NCBI GenBank assembly: GCA_963707505.1
Contig: CAVPQB010000006.1
Location: 320,001-384,000 of the forward strand
Source of the DNA: an uncultured Gemmatimonadales bacterium
Lineage (GTDB): Bacteria; Gemmatimonadota; Gemmatimonadetes; Gemmatimonadales; Gemmatimonadaceae
DNA length: 64,000 nucleotides
Direction of reading: 5' to 3'
The position numbers and the translations under genes were made by a program. A model generated the notes under the pieces. The model was not told the origin of the DNA. It worked only from the letters and a program-made list of their open reading frames with translations, and ran no database searches. This document shows positions 58,527 through 64,000 of this stretch, piece after piece; within the stretch, counting starts at the first letter, position 1, and every line of letters starts with the position of its first letter.

Positions 58527-60176
58527 CTACTTACCCGTCTTCAATGCTGTCTGAATAATCGCCTGCGCCTCCGACTGCACCACTCTCAGGTGATCTGTTC
58601 CCTTGAAACTTTCTGCATACAATTTGTAGACATCTTCGGTACCCGATGGACGGATAGCGAACCAGCTGCTGGCCGTACTAACTTTGATGCCGCCGATCGG
58701 ATCCTTGCTTCCGGGTGCTGTCGTGATGACGCTGGTAATCTTCTCGCCTGCTAGCTCGCTAACAGTCACGTCGCTCGGCGCGAGCTTCGACAGTATCTGC
58801 TTCTGTTCCGGCGTCGCCGGTGAATCGATACGCTCGTACACGGGATCACCGAATTCATGAGTGAGATCCTGATACAGCTGCCCGGGATCCTTACCCGTGA
58901 CCGCCGTCATCTCAGCGGCGAGCAATCCGGCGATGATTCCATCCTTGTCGGTCGTCCAGATCGTGCCGTCACGCCGCAGGAACGACGCGCCTGCACTTTC
59001 CTCGCCTGCGAATCCGATCGTTCCATTCATCAATCCATCCACGAACCACTTGAAGCCGACCGGCGTTTCCTTGAGCGGACGGCCAAGTCGCGACGTGACG
59101 CGATCGATCATGCTGCTACTCACCACTGTCTTGCCAACGCCTGCCGCAGGCGACCAGTTGGGGCGATGATCGAAGAGGTACGATATCGCAACTGCGAGAT
59201 AGTTATTCGGATTCAGCAGCCCGACGCTCTTCGCGACGATACCATGCCGGTCATGGTCGGTGTCGCACGCCCACGCGACGTCGTACTTGTCCTTGAGTCC
59301 GATCAACCGTTGCATCGCATACGGCGAAGAGCAATCCATGCGAATCTTGCCGTCCCAGTCCACGGTCATGAACCGAAACGTCGGATCCACATCCTCGCTC
59401 ACGACTGTCAGGTCGATCCTGTACCGTTCGGCTATCATGCCCCAGTAAAAAACTCCGGCTCCGCCGAGTGGATCGACGCCGAGGTGAAGTTTGGCGGATC
59501 GAATCGCGTCGAAGTCGATGACTGCGCCGAGGTCGCCGATGTACGCGTCCATGTAATCGTGCTTGTGAGTCGTCGCGGCACGAGTGGCGCGGTCGAACGG
59601 AATGCGTACAACGCCCTTGAGGCCATCACCGAGCAACTGGTTGGCGCGGTTCTGAATCCAGCCGGTGATGTCGGTATCGGCCGGACCGCCGTTCGTGGGG
59701 TTGTACTTGAAGCCACCGTCGTCGGGCGGATTGTGCGATGGAGTCACGACTATACCGTCAGCCAATCCGCTGGTACGGCCACGATTGTATGTGAGGATCG
59801 CGTGCGAGACAACCGGGGTGGGCGTGTAGCCGTCGCGGTCGTCGATCATCACGCTCACGCCATTCGCCGCGAGAACTTCCAGAGCAGACGCGAACGCAGA
59901 TGCGGACAGCGCATGTGTATCGATGCCAAGGAACAACGGACCGTCGATCCCATGTTGCTTTCTGTATTCGCAGATTGCCTGTGTTATGGCGAGGATGTGA
60001 TCTTCGTTGAAGGCGCAATCGAACGCGGATCCACGATGACCGGAAGTGCCGAACGACACGCGCTGCGCCGCAACTTTCGGATCGGGTACCAGCGAGTAGT
60101 ACGCAGTCATGAGCCGCGGTACGTTCACGAGGATGGACTGCGGTGCCGGCTTGCCGGCCAGTGGGCTGATGCTCAT
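58527..60176 (-). CDS. pgm: Phosphoglucomutase (alpha-D-glucose-1,6-bisphosphate dependent)
   Basis: [26 protein letters not shown] and RPSGTE. Confidence 0.97.
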   Translation of the reverse strand: MSISPLAGKPAPQSILVNVPRLMTAYYSLVPDPKVAAQRVSFGTSGHRGSAFDCAFNEDHILAITQAICEYRKQHGIDGPLFLGIDTHALSASAFASALEVLAANGVSVMIDDRDGYTPTPVVSHAILTYNRGRTSGLADGIVVTPSHNPPDDGGFKYNPTNGGPADTDITGWIQNRANQLLGDGLKGVVRIPFDRATRAATTHKHDYMDAYIGDLGAVIDFDAIRSAKLHLGVDPLGGAGVFYWGMIAERYRIDLTVVSEDVDPTFRFMTVDWDGKIRMDCSSPYAMQRLIGLKDKYDVAWACDTDHDRHGIVAKSVGLLNPNNYLAVAISYLFDHRPNWSPAAGVGKTVVSSSMIDRVTSRLGRPLKETPVGFKWFVDGLMNGTIGFAGEESAGASFLRRDGTIWTTDKDGIIAGLLAAEMTAVTGKDPGQLYQDLTHEFGDPVYERIDSPATPEQKQILSKLAPSDVTVSELAGEKITSVITTAPGSKDPIGGIKVSTASSWFAIRPSGTEDVYKLYAESFKGTDHLRVVQSEAQAIIQTALKTGK

Positions 60177-60254
60177 TATCGATCCACGGTGAGTACACCC
60201 GTATGAGAACGCGATTGGACGACATTTTCGACATCAACCTTTGCAGGCATCGTC

Positions 60255-61499
60255 ATGTCCATCCCGAATTATGAAGTAACACCGACCGCTCGCGCAATTG
60301 GCATGCCCGAGGTGACGGTGGCCGCGCGGCCTGCGCGAGTGCGCATCCAGTCGGTCGATGTGGTGCGAGGCCTGATAATGATCGTCATGGCTCTGGATCA
60401 CACGCGCGAGTACTTCACCTCGCCCGTGATCAGCCCCACCGATCTGACCCACGCGTCGGCCGCATTGTTTCTGACGCGCTGGATTACATACTTCTGCGCG
60501 CCAGTGTTCTTTCTGCTCACCGGCACCGGTGCATTCCTTTCGCTGCGCCGGAAATCGAAGCGCGAGCTGTCACGTTTTCTGTGGACGCGCGGTCTCTGGC
60601 TCATCTTTCTCGAGGTAGTCGCCACTCGTTGTCTGGGCTGGCAGTTCAATTTCGACTACCGGCTAACGATACTCTTCGTTCTGTGGGCACTGGGATGGTC
60701 GATGATCGCACTGGCGGCGTTGGTACACCTTCCGACAAAGGCAGTTGTGGCATTCGGCGTGGTGCTCATCGTTGCGCACAATCTCTTCGACTCCGTCAGT
60801 GCGGCATCGTTCGGAGCGCTGGCACCGGTCTGGCTGATCCTTCACTCGCCCGGTGTACTCTTTTCGACGCCGAGGTTCACGATCTTCGAGGCGTATCCAC
60901 TCGTTCCATGGATCGGAGTCACTGCGGTGGGCTATGGTCTGGGGCAGGTGTACAGATGGGAATCGGTCCGCCGCAAGGATCTCCTGCTCAGGCTCGGCGC
61001 CTTTCTCACCGGTGCTTTTGTGGTGCTGCGTTACGTGAACATCTATGGTGATCCGCAACGCTGGTCGCAGCAGCATTCTGTTGGATTCACCGTGTTGTCG
61101 TTTCTCAATACGACCAAGTATCCACCGTCACTGCTGTTCCTGCTCATGACGCTCGGGCCTGCAATGTTGCTTCTCTGGGCGGTGGATGGCCGCACGCCAG
61201 GGTGGCTGCGACCCGCGCTCACGGTCGGCAAGGTGCCGATGTTCTACTACGTGCTGCACGTTCCGTTGATACACGCGCTTGCGACCGTGGTGTGTTACGC
61301 GCGCTACGGGCAGGCGCACTGGATGTTCGAGTCGCCCACGCTGGACCGGTTTCCGATAACGCCGCCGCCCGGGTGGGATTACAGTCTGCCGGTGGTCTAT
61401 CTGATCTGGGCGATCGTCGTGGTAGCGCTGTATCCGGTGTGTCGCTGGTACGCCGCGCTCAAGTCACGGCGTACGGATTGGTGGCTGAGTTATCTGTAG
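60255..61499 (+). CDS. DUF1624 / HGSNAT-like membrane acyltransferase
   Basis: R..S.D..RG..M..MALDH.R, TRWIT..CAP.F and KYPPSL.FLL.TLG. Confidence 0.85.
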   Translation: MSIPNYEVTPTARAIGMPEVTVAARPARVRIQSVDVVRGLIMIVMALDHTREYFTSPVISPTDLTHASAALFLTRWITYFCAPVFFLLTGTGAFLSLRRKSKRELSRFLWTRGLWLIFLEVVATRCLGWQFNFDYRLTILFVLWALGWSMIALAALVHLPTKAVVAFGVVLIVAHNLFDSVSAASFGALAPVWLILHSPGVLFSTPRFTIFEAYPLVPWIGVTAVGYGLGQVYRWESVRRKDLLLRLGAFLTGAFVVLRYVNIYGDPQRWSQQHSVGFTVLSFLNTTKYPPSLLFLLMTLGPAMLLLWAVDGRTPGWLRPALTVGKVPMFYYVLHVPLIHALATVVCYARYGQAHWMFESPTLDRFPITPPPGWDYSLPVVYLIWAIVVVALYPVCRWYAALKSRRTDWWLSYL

Positions 61500-61532
61500 G
61501 GGGCGTACCGGATCGGCACGTCGCAAACGTCA

Positions 61533-62582
61533 TCAATGTGCGATCGATATGAACCACGTTCCGATCATCGGGCCACGCGGACCGCGACCGTTCGCCGGTG
61601 GCGTTGCGCCTGGAGCCGGTGCCGGGGCTGGTCCGTATTCGGGCGTGAACGCGTAAGCAATGTGCGTTGCATCATCGACCGCGATAGTCTTTGCGCCCAC
61701 CTGCGTCATCACTGTCGCGACCACGCTGTACTTGTCCGGTGAATCCTCGTGCACGACAGTCACGTTGCCATCGCGGCCGGCCGGTATGTACATCAGCTTC
61801 TGGTCCTGATCCCAGCCAAGCGCATCGACGCCGTTGCCATTCGGGATCTGCGCGACAACCTTGCCTGTTGTCGCATCGGTCACGACCGACATCTTGCTGC
61901 AGCCAGAGAAGATGCGATTGCTTGCACGATCCATCGCGATTCCGGTCGGGCCATCGCATGGCGCGATCGGCCACGTTGCGACCACCGTCCATGTCTTTGT
62001 GTCAACGACGTCGATCGCGTTCTTGTCCTCGAGATTGATATAGATCTTTCCCTTGCCGTCGCTCACTCCGCCTTCCGGAGCGCGCCCAGTGAGCGTCACT
62101 CTGCCAACGACTGTGCCAGCGTTGGGATCGATCACGACAGCGGTGCCGATCGGATGGCTGTGATCGATGGTGAGAATACGATCTGTCGCATCATCGTACA
62201 TGATGCCGTCGAGTCCGTCGATTCCAGCTGGAATCTTCTTTATCACCGCGAACGTCTTGAGATCGAACATCGTAACGCTCGAATCGCCGCCATTCGTCGT
62301 GAAGCCGTGATTCCATTTGTGTGCGAGCGCGATGCCGTGCGTGCGCGGGGTGTCGGGGATGTCGCCCAGCACCTTTCCGGTTGCACCATCCACCACCATC
62401 ACGTGCGTGCCGCGCGAGACGAAAACGTGGCCGGACGCCGGATCGGCGGTGAGATAGTCCGTGCCACCTTCACCACCGATCGTGTACTTGTGCACCGTGA
62501 ACGACTGCGCCGCAAGGCCGGCTGGCAGCGCAACGACAGCGGCAGCCAACGCGGCCTGGATACCTGGAGTGACACGAATCAT
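61533..62582 (-). CDS. YncE-family beta-propeller protein
   Basis: GG.GG.DYL, V.RGTHV.V.D, HG.A, PC..PTG.A.D and GA.T.A.D. Signal peptide present. Confidence 0.85.
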   Translation of the reverse strand: MIRVTPGIQAALAAAVVALPAGLAAQSFTVHKYTIGGEGGTDYLTADPASGHVFVSRGTHVMVVDGATGKVLGDIPDTPRTHGIALAHKWNHGFTTNGGDSSVTMFDLKTFAVIKKIPAGIDGLDGIMYDDATDRILTIDHSHPIGTAVVIDPNAGTVVGRVTLTGRAPEGGVSDGKGKIYINLEDKNAIDVVDTKTWTVVATWPIAPCDGPTGIAMDRASNRIFSGCSKMSVVTDATTGKVVAQIPNGNGVDALGWDQDQKLMYIPAGRDGNVTVVHEDSPDKYSVVATVMTQVGAKTIAVDDATHIAYAFTPEYGPAPAPAPGATPPANGRGPRGPMIGTWFISIAH

Positions 62583-62670
62583 ACGAACCTCTGCGGGGGA
62601 TGGCGCTGCACCGAAATGCGAGCCGCAAAGGTAGGGCCGCGAAGCTGACGCCAGGATTACATTCGCCGCC

Positions 62671-63819
62671 TCAGTGACCGCCCTCGATCACGTCGATGTA
62701 CTTGAGGCCCGAGCCTGTGTTGAAGAGCACGACCCGATCTGTCGGCTCGAGAAAGCCTGAAGCGATCAACTTGTTGTAAGCGACCAGCGTTGCAGCGCCC
62801 TCCGGTGCCGCGAAAACGCCTTCTCCTGACGCCATCGCAGAAACCGCTTCCAGCATTTCCGCATCGGTCGCCGTCACCGCCGTTCCCTTGCTGTCGCGAA
62901 TGATGTCGAGGATGATGTAATCCGCATAAGCCTTCGGCACCCGAAGTCCGGCGGCGATGGTGTGGGCGTCCTGCCAGAATTCCGACGTCGGCTTGTGCTC
63001 GTCCCACGCCTTGGGGATCGGTGCGCACCCTGCTGCCTGCACGGCGATCATCTTCGGGCGCTCGGCGCCGATCCAGCCCAGATACTGCATCTCGTCGAAT
63101 GCCTTCCACATACCGATTAGCCCGACTCCACCGCCGGTCGGATAGAAGATCGCGTCGGGCAGCTTCCAGCCCAGCTGCTCGGCTACTTCATAGCCCATCG
63201 TCTTCTTTCCCTCGACGCGGAATGGCTCCTTGAGGCTCGAGATGTCGAACCAGCCTTCGGCCTGCTTGCGCTCGTTCACCATCTTCGCGCAATCGCTGAT
63301 CAATCCATCGACGAACGTGACGTGCGCGCCATACTGCTGGCATTCCACACGGTTCGCGACCGGAACGTCCTTCGGCATGAAGATGTGCGCCTCGATACCG
63401 GCTGCTGCACAATAGGCTGCGAGCGCGCTCGCAGCGTTGCCGGCGGACGGGATCGCGATCTTGTCGATGCCGTACGCCTTGCACATCGTCACAGCAGCGC
63501 ACAGTCCACGCGCCTTGAACGAGCCTGTTGGATTCAACCCTTCATCCTTGATGTACACGTTCGAATTATGCCGGCTCTGAATCATCGGCGTAAAACCTTC
63601 GCCGAGTGTCACCGGCTCGACCGCTGGGAGGACGTCGGAATAGCGCCACATGCTCGCGACGCGGCCCGAGAGAGAATCGCGTGACGCAAGGCCGCGATAC
63701 GGCTCAAGGTCGTAGCGCGCGTAGAGCGATCCGCCATCTACCGGACAGACTGTATGAGGTTCAGCGGGGCTGAGTCGCTCCCCGCACTTGGTGCATTCGA
63801 AGTAGGTAAGATTTGCCAT
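62671..63819 (-). CDS. thrC: Threonine synthase (with N-terminal zinc ribbon)
   Basis: LGEG.TP, KDEG.NPTGSFKARG, SAGNA, R.EGKKTMG.E, PTGGG and TG.GLKY. Confidence 0.9.
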   Translation of the reverse strand: MANLTYFECTKCGERLSPAEPHTVCPVDGGSLYARYDLEPYRGLASRDSLSGRVASMWRYSDVLPAVEPVTLGEGFTPMIQSRHNSNVYIKDEGLNPTGSFKARGLCAAVTMCKAYGIDKIAIPSAGNAASALAAYCAAAGIEAHIFMPKDVPVANRVECQQYGAHVTFVDGLISDCAKMVNERKQAEGWFDISSLKEPFRVEGKKTMGYEVAEQLGWKLPDAIFYPTGGGVGLIGMWKAFDEMQYLGWIGAERPKMIAVQAAGCAPIPKAWDEHKPTSEFWQDAHTIAAGLRVPKAYADYIILDIIRDSKGTAVTATDAEMLEAVSAMASGEGVFAAPEGAATLVAYNKLIASGFLEPTDRVVLFNTGSGLKYIDVIEGGH

Positions 63820-64000
63820 TCCGGTTCGATTCCTCAGGGATTCCAGGGATATGCGTGCCGTCGGACTATCCGCTCACTTGCGGGATGATTCAGCGTCACA
63901 TCGATGATACTAATCTGGTCGGGCTCGCGTTGCGCGTGGTAAGTTGATCGATGGCGGGCGCTGCCCGGAGACGCCGCCATCGCGAGAATACACAGAGTCC

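Noticed and set aside
63823..63833. GGTTCGATTCC, resembling a tRNA T-loop
   Set aside because: No cloverleaf or acceptor stem. It is the reverse complement of the thrC SD region, and a tRNA here would overlap the thrC start.

Overview
A GC-rich bacterial chromosomal segment. Gene content and repeat style suggest Gemmatimonadota (inference). It carries about 56 genes. Housekeeping genes: holA, mutS, ddl, queF, cystathionine beta-synthase, pgm, thrC. Peptidases and hydrolases: three M16, M20, M1, M28, rhomboid, GH3, two BNR/VPS10-like proteins. Regulators: ECF sigma/anti-sigma, an NrtR-family repressor, Crp/Fnr, an orphan histidine kinase. There is also a PEP-CTERM protein and a histone H1-like protein. 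I found no rRNA, tRNA, CRISPR array, transposase or prophage. Intergenic DNA holds two families of REP/REPIN-like palindromes, and at least nine genes look leaderless (TAnnnT 5-7 nt before the start codon). Six genes carry frameshifts that look like sequencing indels. The most interesting candidate system is at 46198-47606: a sigma70-like promoter, a 70-aa leader peptide, a terminator/antiterminator switch, then an orphan CdiI-like (anti-tRNase type) immunity gene and a DksA/TraR-like zinc-finger gene. This could be a translation-stress-sensing defence module, but that function is inferred only. Other leads are an NrtR-type operator with non-canonical spacing and a pseudoknot-capable insert inside a REPIN.
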